From an uncultured Clostridia bacterium (GTDB taxonomy: Bacteria; Bacillota; Clostridia; Christensenellales; UBA3700), in NCBI GenBank assembly GCA_945992255.1, contig CAMFVQ010000012.1:10071-74070 (forward strand): DNA of 64,000 nt, given 5' to 3'. Below, piece by piece: positions 1 through 8,934 of this stretch; positions within the stretch are counted from its first letter, which is position 1; each line of letters begins with the position of its first letter. The notes under the pieces were generated by a model, which worked only from the letters and a program-made list of their open reading frames with translations, was not told the origin of the DNA and ran no database searches. A program made the translations under genes and the position numbers.

Positions 1-803
1 TCTTGGATAAACTCGACAATTTCGCCGCCCCTGCAGCCTACTCTCATTCCATCTATGCTCACCACTCTCATACACTGAGCGCCCGAACTGCACACCAACA
101 CTTCATCGGCATTGTGCAAACACGACAAGCCAAAGTCCTCTTCGACAGCTTCCAGTCCAATACTTACCGCCACGCTCCGCACTTTCTCCAATGCCACACC
201 CCTGAGGCACGCATTGTCAAAGACAGGCAACACAAGTCTTCCGCCTCTGAGATAGCAAATACCGCTGTGAGAACATTCTTTGACTATACTATCTCTTACC
301 AAAATGCACTCATCTGCACCTTTTTCATCGGCATAAGTACTTGCCAAAATGTTGGGCAAAAGGTTGAGCGTTTTGACATCACAAAAGCTGTGCCTACAAT
401 CTTCATACGACACGAGCTTGTATATATCCTTTATGTTGCGAGGGCGTTGGGGGCGTATCATCACCCAAAGATTGGGGAAATAATTGCCACAAGCAATATG
501 TTGCCGAACACCTGTCCCCCTAGACACTTGCCAATAAATCTGTTGGTCGGGGCTGTCCACCTTGCGAGCTAGCGAACATATAATATCCGCTAGCTTTTCT
601 TTGGTGAAGTCGGGTTTTATGCCCAACCTGCCACAGCCCTTGAAAAATCTATCGATATGCTCCGCCAAAGCATACGGCACGAATTGTCTTGCATACACCA
701 CTTCGTACAAGCCATCACCAAAATAGCACGCTCTATCCAACATAGGCACTCTCATATCCTCAAGCTCGCCTATCTCACCATTATAATACCCCAATGTTTG
801 CAT
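1..803 (-). CDS. Fold-type IV PLP aminotransferase (D-amino-acid / branched-chain aminotransferase family); its 3' end lies beyond the left edge
   Basis: Absent from the ORF track because no stop lies inside the window. My own translation from ATG 803..801 (GAGGTG upstream) reads MQTLGYYNGEIGELEDMRVPMLDRACYFGDGLYEVVYARQF...CDVKTLNLLPNILAS... and stays open to position 1. The 3..572 + ORF is its antisense shadow. Confidence 0.7.
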   Translation of the reverse strand, partial: MQTLGYYNGEIGELEDMRVPMLDRACYFGDGLYEVVYARQFVPYALAEHIDRFFKGCGRLGIKPDFTKEKLADIICSLARKVDSPDQQIYWQVSRGTGVRQHIACGNYFPNLWVMIRPQRPRNIKDIYKLVSYEDCRHSFCDVKTLNLLPNILASTYADEKGADECILVRDSIVKECSHSGICYLRGGRLVLPVFDNACLRGVALEKVRSVAVSIGLEAVEEDFGLSCLHNADEVLVCSSGAQCMRVVSIDGMRVGCRGGEIVEFIQ

Positions 804-876
804 AGTCACCTCTAGACAATCTATTCAACATTGGCTCATATTATGCAAAGTTGAGCTGCCCACGCTTGCAATGCAC

Positions 877-903
877 AAAAAAAGAGAGCCTTGTTGGCTC
901 TCT
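877..903 (-). terminator. Intrinsic terminator downstream of the Wzz-like gene
   Basis: AGAGAGCC (883..890) and GGCTCTCT (896..903) form an 8-bp stem with a 5-nt loop. On the minus strand the stem is followed by a T7 run. Confidence 0.7.
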
Positions 904-931
904 TTTGGTTTGTGTCTTATTGTTTTGGGTG

Positions 932-2374
932 TTATTCAGCTTGGCTGTCATCTGCCCTGCTACCTGCTGTTTGCTCGCTTCCCTCAATGCTTGGAGCTGA
1001 CTTTGCTTCCATTGCTAGGTTATACTTTTTGATTTTGTGGTCAGTTCTTGCAACACCAATCACACAGCCTACCAAAACTGTCATCAACGCTATCAATGCG
1101 AACAATGTGCCTGATATCTTGAGTTGGGAATATCTTGTTGCTGATTGGGTGAGTACAATTGCTTTTTTGAGGTTTTCTACATCGTTGAACTCTGCCAACA
1201 TTTCGCTGTACATATTGCTACGAGTTTCAATGTTTTCGCTAATCATAGCAATCATATCATCTGTCACCTTACGCATTTCAGCTTTCTTTTCGTCTGATGC
1301 GGTTGCGAACTTTGATGAAGAGCCATATCCAGCTATAATCTTGTTGATGCTATCTAGTTGAACTTGGTATGGAGCTTTGAGTTCTTCGTACCTGGTGATC
1401 TCTTTGTAATATTCTACAAGTTTGTCAATGTTGACAACTATACCATTGTTAGTACCTATTGCAGACATTGAGTTGAATGCACCTGTAAGCTTGTCAGCAT
1501 TGTCTTGGATACCCTTAATGATGCCATCATAATATTTCACTTTGCTATCCAGCTCCAACTTGGTTTGCTCGAGATATGCCATCTCGGTAGGTACATTGGT
1601 ATTGCTTGTTTCTACACCATTTTCGGTCAAATATGCATTGAGATTGATAAAGTAAACTTGTGCTGACTTTATTTCTTCGGCAAGGTTGTCGAAAGTGATT
1701 TTGTACTTGGTTGATCTAAATGTTGGAGCAACTGATTTCATTTGAGCTACGCCATTGGCAAGTTGTTCCAAATTGCTCTCTAGCAGCTTGCTTGTTACAA
1801 TATAATTGTTTTGCTTGGCAACTTCAGATGAAAAGCTAATATAGTTTTGATAGCTATATTTAGCCTTATATTGTGTCATATAAGTTCTGCAAATCTCATC
1901 AAGCAATTCTTGAGTTTTGGCACGTGACAAGCCCAAAGAATTTTGATTTTGCAAAGTGACTGTAAATGTAAATTGCTTTGCATTCTCGGTTTTGTTTTGT
2001 TCTTTGTCTTTGCTTTCAACTGAATCAGCTGTTACTGACAAGTTAGATATAACTTTTGACACCATAGTAATTTGTTCATCTTCGCTCAAACCAATCTTTG
2101 CAAGAGCTTGTTGAACAACATAATTGGACTTGATATCCGCACTTGGATTGAATGTATTGTCCCAAGGTGACATGCCCTTGTTGATATATTCGTTGGAGAA
2201 CATAATCTTGGCATCAAAATTGTAATCGGTAGTAAATGCCGCATATAGTCCCATTGTTGTACAAGCAAATACAAGCAATACGACAGCCCACACAACCATT
2301 CTTACCCATGATCTTTTGAGCTTTTGTCCCAACTTCTTAAAAGTAAGTTCGCCGTTGTCTATTTGTTGTTCCAT
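932..2374 (-). CDS. Polysaccharide co-polymerase / chain-length determinant (Wzz-like)
   Basis: 480 aa with an N-terminal TM (WVRMVVWAVVLLVFACTTMGLYAAF), a long coiled-coil-like middle and a C-terminal TM (LFALIALMTVLVGCVIGV). This is the typical PCP topology, including an IKSNYVVQQALAKIGL-type segment. Confidence 0.55.
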   Translation of the reverse strand: MEQQIDNGELTFKKLGQKLKRSWVRMVVWAVVLLVFACTTMGLYAAFTTDYNFDAKIMFSNEYINKGMSPWDNTFNPSADIKSNYVVQQALAKIGLSEDEQITMVSKVISNLSVTADSVESKDKEQNKTENAKQFTFTVTLQNQNSLGLSRAKTQELLDEICRTYMTQYKAKYSYQNYISFSSEVAKQNNYIVTSKLLESNLEQLANGVAQMKSVAPTFRSTKYKITFDNLAEEIKSAQVYFINLNAYLTENGVETSNTNVPTEMAYLEQTKLELDSKVKYYDGIIKGIQDNADKLTGAFNSMSAIGTNNGIVVNIDKLVEYYKEITRYEELKAPYQVQLDSINKIIAGYGSSSKFATASDEKKAEMRKVTDDMIAMISENIETRSNMYSEMLAEFNDVENLKKAIVLTQSATRYSQLKISGTLFALIALMTVLVGCVIGVARTDHKIKKYNLAMEAKSAPSIEGSEQTAGSRADDSQAE

Positions 2375-2563
2375 AATAGACCTCCAAATCTTTTATCTTT
2401 TATTGTTTATATATTTTAGAATATCATAAACAAACTCTAAATGCAATTATAATTTGGTATTATTATAATAATTAACAAATTGCAAAAAACTAAACGTACA
2501 CGATATTATATCGGACATATTTCCCCAAAATCCCTTGTTTTCAATGTTTTTATATAAAATAGC

Positions 2564-3202
2564 TCAATCAGACTCTTTGTTTGCTCGACTATGAGCTGCT
2601 TGCTTGGAAAACTCACAACCGCAATAATCTTGGCGATAAAACCCAAACTCATTGCTAAGCACGCACGAACGCTTGTATCCCTCGTTCTTCTTGAAGTCGT
2701 TTGGCAAGTGTTTGACACCATACTTTTCTGCACAACTCTCGCCTATTTGGTTGAGTAGAAGCGAGTTTTTGTGTGGCGATATGGACAATGTGGAGGCAAA
2801 ATAATCGTAGCCCAACTGTCTACACAATCTTGCGGTGTAGTCAAGCCTGAGTTGATAACATCTTCTGCACCTTTCGCCACCTTCTACACAATGCTCGTAC
2901 CCTTTCGATATCATCACAAAATCTTCATTTTGCCAACCTGTATCGAGATATTTGACTTTTCCGCCATAAAAATCAACGAGTTTTAGCACTTCTTTTTTCC
3001 TAAGTTCATACTCTTCTATATCAGATATGTTGGGATTGTAATATAGCAAAGTTATGTCAAAATATCGACTCAAAAGCTCCAAACAATAGCTGGCACATGG
3101 CGCACAGCATATATGCAAAAGCAAGCTTTTCTTAGGAGAAGCTTGCTCAAAGTCTTTGATGATACTCATCATTTGTAGGTGATAGTTGGGCTTGTTCATC
3201 AA
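2564..3202 (-). CDS. queH: Epoxyqueuosine reductase QueH (DUF208 family)
   Basis: The LLLHICCAPCASYCLE motif and C-terminal CGCEFS cysteines are characteristic of QueH. The start overlaps the upstream stop by 4 nt. Confidence 0.85.
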   Translation of the reverse strand: MMNKPNYHLQMMSIIKDFEQASPKKSLLLHICCAPCASYCLELLSRYFDITLLYYNPNISDIEEYELRKKEVLKLVDFYGGKVKYLDTGWQNEDFVMISKGYEHCVEGGERCRRCYQLRLDYTARLCRQLGYDYFASTLSISPHKNSLLLNQIGESCAEKYGVKHLPNDFKKNEGYKRSCVLSNEFGFYRQDYCGCEFSKQAAHSRANKESD

Positions 3203-4374
3203 TATGCCTCTTCTAGCAAGTTGATAATGAACGAATAGCTGTACTCATCTGTTCTGTCCTTGGCATCTACGCTGGCAATAACCTCTTCGGCGATTGTTGG
3301 GAAATCGGACTTGTCGATATGGAAATCTTTGAGTGACTTGTTGTAGTCCACATATTCGCCCACTTGCTCATACAAGCTGTTTATCTTGTGCAAGACTGCC
3401 TCTGCTGCATGCTCGTCCCCAATCTGAGCATATTCTTCCACGCTCACAAAACTAGGCAACAACTCGCCAAGCATATCTTTGTTAAACTTGGTCATCTTGA
3501 TATAGTGGCGGAACAAAATTGCCATAATGTTGGCATGATTGACTTTGTATCGGTCACTGATGACATCACTCACAACGGCAAGAAGTTGTTTTTCTATCAA
3601 GAAATATCCACAACCTGCCACAACAACTGCGGTAAGCAATTCTTTTCTTGCATTCTTGTCGGCATTGTGCAAAATGCCCTTCATAAGGTTTTTGCTGAGT
3701 ATCTCGATTGATGTCATCGAATATGGCTTGGTGTAAATTCTTTCATCGCTCTTGATATAGCCATCTACCGCCATTGCCAAAGCAAAAAGTCCATAGGAAG
3801 CTATTGACTTTGGAGGCATGATGTCGGTCATTCTCTCATCGATAACTACCGCATCAGTCTGGGCGTAAATGCTGTCGAACTCATAGATAGTCTTTTGGTC
3901 TTTGCTGTAAATTCTGACTTTGTTAGAACACTCGATACCACAGCCAAAATATGCTGTAATGATGAAAAGTGGCACTTCTTTGACAGACAAATCGCTCAAT
4001 GCTTTGCCGTCATATTGAGCCACGACAAAACTGCCATCTTTGATCATAATTTTGCTAGCTTTGCCCACACTTACAACGGACTTTTTGCCTAGCAAAATCA
4101 TACAATCACAACTACTCGAATTGTACTCTTTGATAATACGCTCGACATCATCGCATGTGGCAACATCACCTACTTTTTGGTCGATGAACTCGATATCCAT
4201 ACCAGAGCCATTGAAAGCTTTGAGGACGCTCTTTTTTAGTCCAAGTCTGTATGACATATCATCACACACAAGCATAGGTTTGGAGCAACCGGCGAGTCTT
4301 ATCTCATAAGGAAGATTCTCCAACGCTCTCTCGCCAACAATAAATTTTACACTGTTATCTACTATTTTTGACAT
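3199..4374 (-). CDS. Iron-containing alcohol dehydrogenase-fold protein with degenerate cofactor and metal motifs
   Basis: 391 aa, alignable by eye to the FucO-like protein at 38999..40147. GGGS is replaced by GKKS, GMDALTHAIEGY by GLFALAMAVDGY, and the VHSMAH histidines are absent. Confidence 0.6.
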   Translation of the reverse strand: MSKIVDNSVKFIVGERALENLPYEIRLAGCSKPMLVCDDMSYRLGLKKSVLKAFNGSGMDIEFIDQKVGDVATCDDVERIIKEYNSSSCDCMILLGKKSVVSVGKASKIMIKDGSFVVAQYDGKALSDLSVKEVPLFIITAYFGCGIECSNKVRIYSKDQKTIYEFDSIYAQTDAVVIDERMTDIMPPKSIASYGLFALAMAVDGYIKSDERIYTKPYSMTSIEILSKNLMKGILHNADKNARKELLTAVVVAGCGYFLIEKQLLAVVSDVISDRYKVNHANIMAILFRHYIKMTKFNKDMLGELLPSFVSVEEYAQIGDEHAAEAVLHKINSLYEQVGEYVDYNKSLKDFHIDKSDFPTIAEEVIASVDAKDRTDEYSYSFIINLLEEAY

Positions 4375-5570
4375 TGTTCATCTCCCATACATTCTTTCAA
4401 AATGTTGCAAACATCGGTGGTTGTGTACCATCTTCCGCTTGATATAAGACTGCTGTCACTGCAAGTGATGCTGGCAATTTGTTCCAACATCTCATCGGTG
4501 ACGCCCAATTCTCTTAAATTCTTTGGCAAGTTGTATTTCTCCAAAATTATGCTCACGGTCTCTTCCACCAACTCGATAAAAGCATCTGCATAATTGGAGC
4601 TGTCGATACTTCTAAATCTTTCGTGAGATACAGAATACTGCAAAAGTTTTGTATACCTTGCCCCTTCTCTATCCTTAGAATATGCCAAACATTTTGGGAA
4701 CACCAAAGCAAGCACCAAGTTGTGATATGCTGTCGTACAATCGCAAATGCTGTTGGTGATAGCGTGGGCAATTCCGCCTGATATATTGGTGACTGCCATG
4801 CCTGCCAAAACACCTGACTCTTGGAGCATCAAACAAACTTCTTCATCGAATTTGCCTGTTTGGCGATATTTGTTCATCATCTTGACAATGTTGCGGATAC
4901 AATACAAAGCATAGTTGTTGCTGATTGGGTTGTAGCTCTTGTCGAGATAAATTGCGGCACTATCAAACAACATTTCCATACCGCCTAGTAGAAGTCTTTC
5001 TTCTGGAAGCGACATCACGAAAGTAGGGTCAAGTATGCACACATCAGGTTGCATAACTTCGCTGATTATCTCGTGACTGCTCTTGCCTGTTTCGTCCAAA
5101 ATGTTGGCGATCTGGGCAATATCACAACCTCCACCAACGGTGGTAGGAATAGCTCCAAATGGTACTTCTTCAAGCTTGACTGCCGAATTGACACCATACA
5201 CTTGTTCGAGATTTTTGGTCTTGGTGGCAAGCATAAGTTTTAGACATTCTGCAGTGTTGATGACCGAACCGCCACCGCAAGCAACAATGCTGTCACAGCT
5301 GTTGTCACGGAAAAGAGTATAAGCTTCCTCAATAGTTTGCTTAGATGAGCCACGCTTGACATTGACATATACTGCATTAACTCTCAGCTTGGTGTTGGTC
5401 GCAACAACGCTCTTTATCTTTTTTACATAGCCTAGATTTTGGAGATTTTGGTCGGATATAATCAAGATATTCCTTGCACCGAGCAAAGCCATTTCTTTGG
5501 CAAGGTCGTTGATACTATCTTTGCCTGCTACAATTTTAACTTGGTTGGAAAACTGATAAAAACCTATCAT
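4362..5570 (-). CDS. Iron-containing alcohol dehydrogenase family protein (divergent)
   Basis: 402 aa. It keeps CGGGSVINTAEC and IPTTVGGG, has GMEMLFDSAAIY in place of GMDALTHAIEGY, and retains AHA...YHN. It overlaps its neighbours by 13 nt and 4 nt. Confidence 0.75.
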   Translation of the reverse strand: MIGFYQFSNQVKIVAGKDSINDLAKEMALLGARNILIISDQNLQNLGYVKKIKSVVATNTKLRVNAVYVNVKRGSSKQTIEEAYTLFRDNSCDSIVACGGGSVINTAECLKLMLATKTKNLEQVYGVNSAVKLEEVPFGAIPTTVGGGCDIAQIANILDETGKSSHEIISEVMQPDVCILDPTFVMSLPEERLLLGGMEMLFDSAAIYLDKSYNPISNNYALYCIRNIVKMMNKYRQTGKFDEEVCLMLQESGVLAGMAVTNISGGIAHAITNSICDCTTAYHNLVLALVFPKCLAYSKDREGARYTKLLQYSVSHERFRSIDSSNYADAFIELVEETVSIILEKYNLPKNLRELGVTDEMLEQIASITCSDSSLISSGRWYTTTDVCNILKECMGDEQCQK

Positions 5571-6082
5571 AGCAACCCCCTAAACAATACTCTTGATTTG
5601 ATGACCGCAGGCTTTACTTCGAGTGGCAAAGCATCTTTGATATGAGCTTTGCGTTTGCTGATGCTGGACAAATAACATTGGACAATCATAAATGCCTTGA
5701 TGAATTTGACTGCAATAGCATTGTCACCATAGGTCACGAATCTGCCTTGAGCGTATGCTTGGAAGAAAGATACATAGTTTTTAAGCACAAGTGTACAGCT
5801 GTCCATATTCTTGAACATAATTTGGATACACTTGTTAGATGGAACATAATCGACCACAATCTTACAATGTAGTCCATCTGAAAGCTTGGTAATCACAGCT
5901 GCATGTCTATGCTCTAGCACGCCAACTACCAAGTCATATCCGTCTGGCATTTCATCAAAAATTTGTCTTACCCTGCTGTCGTACTTATAACAAGCTTTGA
6001 CACCGCTCGCATAAATATATGACTGCACGATACAATTATATTTCTTTATTCTTGCTGTTTTGGAAATATATCTTCTCTTCAT
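5567..6082 (-). CDS. SCP2 sterol-binding-like domain protein (tentative)
   Basis: 171 aa and the first gene of the coupled operon. The segment FQAYAQGRFVTYGDNAIAVKFIKAF resembles the SCP2 C-terminal motif. The assignment is by eye only. Confidence 0.4.
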   Translation of the reverse strand: MKRRYISKTARIKKYNCIVQSYIYASGVKACYKYDSRVRQIFDEMPDGYDLVVGVLEHRHAAVITKLSDGLHCKIVVDYVPSNKCIQIMFKNMDSCTLVLKNYVSFFQAYAQGRFVTYGDNAIAVKFIKAFMIVQCYLSSISKRKAHIKDALPLEVKPAVIKSRVLFRGLL

Positions 6083-6254
6083 ACTGCTCTCCTATTGTTA
6101 AGATTATACCACACCCATATCACTATGTCCATATTATTAAAAATATTGGCGGCGTGTTTACAATCATTTTACTTGCACACAATATAGTATATTAAAATTC
6201 TTGTCAAAAGTAGATTTTCGGCATATGCCTGCTTTTGGCAAACAAGGAGAAAGT

Positions 6255-6401
6255 ATGAAAAACAAACAAGAACACCTATCCCCAACTATCAAACGCCTCA
6301 TTCGTTCTGGTTATTCGCCACACTTTGACCCCAACGGCAGTTGGACAGGCTCGCCTGATGACCCCAACGAACAACCTGTGCAAGATGCCGATGACCTTTG
6401 A
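6255..6401 (+). CDS. Small hypothetical protein (48 aa) with an acidic tail
   Basis: ATG at 6255 is preceded by AAGGAGA. The product is MKNKQEHLSPTIKRLIRSGYSPHFDPNGSWTGSPDDPNEQPVQDADDL. The longer track ORF (6201) lacks an RBS. Confidence 0.45.
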   Translation: MKNKQEHLSPTIKRLIRSGYSPHFDPNGSWTGSPDDPNEQPVQDADDL

Positions 6402-6427
6402 AGTTGTTCAATTTGGTTGCATATAAT
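6398..6427 (+). promoter_or_regulatory. Putative sigma-A promoter of the preQ1 riboswitch-queT unit
   Basis: TTGAAG (6398..6403), an 18-nt spacer, then TATAAT (6422..6427). Confidence 0.5.
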
Positions 6428-6451
6428 TTGATTTTGTGCTAAATTGTGTTT

Positions 6452-6492
6452 GGAAGGTTTTCGGTAAACACTTCCAAATAAAAAAACCGAGG
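6452..6492 (+). promoter_or_regulatory. preQ1 class I riboswitch (translational; sequesters the SD)
   Basis: P1 is GGAAG (6452..6456) with CTTCC (6471..6475). Loop TCGG (6461..6464) can pair with CCGA (6487..6490) in the A-rich tail AAATAAAAAAACCGAGG. This resembles the B. subtilis queC aptamer tail ATAAAAAACTAAGG, and the element sits directly 5' of queT. Confidence 0.8.
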
Positions 6493-6498
6493 TACAAA

Positions 6499-7092
6499 AT
6501 GAACAATCAAAAAACTAAAATGATTGCACGCAGTGGCATCATTGCTGCTCTTTATGTAGTTCTTACCTTTGCAGTTCTACCACTTGCATCTGGGGCAATC
6601 CAATTCCGTGTTTCAGAAGCACTCACCCTACTCCCAATCTTTTATGTAGAAGCAATACCTGCTCTTTTCGTGGGCTGTTTGCTGTCCAATATCATATCCG
6701 GCTGTGCTGTTTATGACATTGTTTTTGGCTCGCTTATCACACTGGTGGCATCTTTGCTCACATACCTATGCACAAGACCTATCAAACACCACGTGCCAAA
6801 AGTCATCGTTGGCGGTCTTTTTCCAACATTCCTCAATGCTTTTCTGCTCCCTGTCATTTGGTATTTTGCCTATGGCGAATTGACCTATGTATACATGCTT
6901 CAAGTAGGCTTTTTGGTGCTGGGGCAAGGCGTTGTAATCTATTTGCTCGGCAGTTTGCTCTACTTTGCTATCCTCAAACTTCAAGCCAAAGGCGTAAAAG
7001 CTTTCGACAGCTACTCTCGCCCAAAAAGTAGCCCTGCCAAACACAGCGATCGTACTCCCAACGACCAATCCAACGACACCACCATCCAATAA
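6499..7092 (+). CDS. queT: Queuosine-precursor transporter QueT (ECF-type S component)
   Basis: MNNQKTKMIARSGIIAALYVVLTFAVLPLASGAIQFRVSEALTLLP matches the QueT signature. It is a multi-TM protein with ATG at 6499, after the riboswitch SD GAGG. Confidence 0.85.
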   Translation: MNNQKTKMIARSGIIAALYVVLTFAVLPLASGAIQFRVSEALTLLPIFYVEAIPALFVGCLLSNIISGCAVYDIVFGSLITLVASLLTYLCTRPIKHHVPKVIVGGLFPTFLNAFLLPVIWYFAYGELTYVYMLQVGFLVLGQGVVIYLLGSLLYFAILKLQAKGVKAFDSYSRPKSSPAKHSDRTPNDQSNDTTIQ

Positions 7093-7124
7093 AAAAGTGA
7101 CTCGCCTCAGCGAGCCACTTTTGG
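7091..7124. terminator. Bidirectional terminator between the convergent queT and lipoprotein genes
   Basis: AAGTGACTCGC (7095..7105) and GCGAGCCACTT (7110..7120) form the stem. An A6 run lies upstream and TTTT downstream. Confidence 0.7.
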
Positions 7125-7133
7125 GTAAGAATA

Positions 7134-8879
7134 CTAGACTAAATCTGCTAGTCTAGAAATTGTTCCGTCTGGTTTTTCTGGTGCTTCATACTTTTTAGCT
7201 TCATCTAGCTTTGAATTGACTACAATAGATACACTATCTTTCAAAGTGATTTTCTTATCAGTATAATCACCTGCAGTTGGGAAGTATTTGAATTTTGTAT
7301 CGCAATTTATGCTTACGAATTTATCATTCTTTACAACCATTTCCAAATTAGCTCCAACAATCTCATTTTCTTGAGTGTTGAAGTAATTGTCTGCATCGAT
7401 AGTACCTTCTATATCATTAGAATTGACAATATCCAAAATCTTTTGTTGAGTCTTGTATGCAGCAGTCTTGTTCACAAAGACCTTGTATGTGATTGAGCCG
7501 TCTTTATTTTTAACAACTTTTATACAATCAATATCTTCAGCCTTGTAGAAGTTGACCATGCCTGTCAAATAATCAAATTGGGTATCAGCTGTCACTCCTT
7601 GCAGTTCCTTGACAACATTGTCACCTTTACGAGAAACATTGTGAACTACTCTGTCTTTTGTATTGCCAGTGGTAAACTTATATCTCTCTGCGTTCTCAGC
7701 CTCAGTATGTGCTTTGTACATATAAGAATGGTTGAAGTCAATTCTTTCGATTGTGCCGTTTGGGTCTACCTTGCCCTTATCGTTGAGCATATTGGTATTC
7801 TTGTACATAACTGCGTTGTAGCTGTCCACGATACCTTTATTGTTCCAACCTGGGTCAAAGTCATTCTTTGCTTCCATAACCAAAGAATATGTTTTTTCGC
7901 TCTTGACAGCAGCGATAGAATTGTTTACCTTTTGAAGTGTGTCAGCTATAGCTGTCTTGTCCAAAATATAGCCGTCTAATGCTGGGCTTACTACCTTGTC
8001 TGTTGCATATTTTTGATAATATGTAATTGCAACCTTAACTTTTGCTGCAGAAGCATCTACTGTCAAGTCCAAGCTGTATGTCATATCAATGATTTTGTTG
8101 CAATCTTTGTTCATATTGAAGTACAACTTAACCCCGCCTTGTGGGTTGGTAAATTCTACTTTTTTGAACGCAATGCTTGTTCCAAGGCTCTCGACCTTTG
8201 CAAGCACTTTCTTGATGATAGCATTGTCGGCATCGAATTTCATTGTTGCACTGTACTTGAATGCAGGCATTGTCTCATCGGTATTCTTTTCAATTTCACT
8301 TATACCAGCTTCTTTTAGTCCTGTCAAAACACTCTCGAATGGAAGATTGACCATAGTCAATTCTTCATCAGACTTCTCAGACACTGCAACACTGTTGACA
8401 TCACCTTTTTCGTTGAACTTGATTTTGATACGGCTGTCATTGTGTGTAAAGATATTTTCCGTTCCGTCATAAAGCAAAGCACCACTTGTTTTTCTCATGA
8501 AGTTCAACTCTTTGGTTGTCTTGTTGTATCTGTATTTGCCCTCATAATTGCCATTGACAGCACCTGTATATCCTGCAATCGTAAGTGCTGGATTGATATT
8601 TAGCTTGAAGTCATAGCCTTGCACATTGCTCGCATCTTCGGTTTGTATAGCTGTCACGATGCTTGTTGCAGTTGGCATTGGCTCAACAGGTGTTGGGTTG
8701 CTAGGATTGCTAGGTGCGCTAGGGTCACTAGGTGTACCTGGTTCACTTGGTGTGCCAGGTGTTTGAGTGTTATCTCCGCCTGATGGTGGAGCTTCTTCGT
8801 TTTTGCACGCTACCAAAGTGGTGAGTGTCATCACCAACACAAGTAGCATAACTACAATCAACAATTTTGATTTTTTCAT
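7134..8879 (-). CDS. Lipoprotein of unknown function with a Pro/Ser/Thr-rich linker
   Basis: Signal peptide plus lipobox: MKKSKLLIVVMLLVLVMTLTTLVAC. This is followed by the linker GTPSEPGTPSDPSAPSNPSNPTP. Confidence 0.7.
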   Translation of the reverse strand: MKKSKLLIVVMLLVLVMTLTTLVACKNEEAPPSGGDNTQTPGTPSEPGTPSDPSAPSNPSNPTPVEPMPTATSIVTAIQTEDASNVQGYDFKLNINPALTIAGYTGAVNGNYEGKYRYNKTTKELNFMRKTSGALLYDGTENIFTHNDSRIKIKFNEKGDVNSVAVSEKSDEELTMVNLPFESVLTGLKEAGISEIEKNTDETMPAFKYSATMKFDADNAIIKKVLAKVESLGTSIAFKKVEFTNPQGGVKLYFNMNKDCNKIIDMTYSLDLTVDASAAKVKVAITYYQKYATDKVVSPALDGYILDKTAIADTLQKVNNSIAAVKSEKTYSLVMEAKNDFDPGWNNKGIVDSYNAVMYKNTNMLNDKGKVDPNGTIERIDFNHSYMYKAHTEAENAERYKFTTGNTKDRVVHNVSRKGDNVVKELQGVTADTQFDYLTGMVNFYKAEDIDCIKVVKNKDGSITYKVFVNKTAAYKTQQKILDIVNSNDIEGTIDADNYFNTQENEIVGANLEMVVKNDKFVSINCDTKFKYFPTAGDYTDKKITLKDSVSIVVNSKLDEAKKYEAPEKPDGTISRLADLV

Positions 8880-8934
8880 TTTGTCCTCCTAATATTTGGG
8901 CATTTTGCCCTTTTGAGCCTACCCTTTGGCTCGT

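Noticed and set aside
3-572. A 189-aa + strand ORF at the left edge.
   Set aside because: It is antisense to a well-supported class IV aminotransferase frame (1..803, minus). Its composition is low-complexity His/Ala/Thr-rich and it has no RBS.
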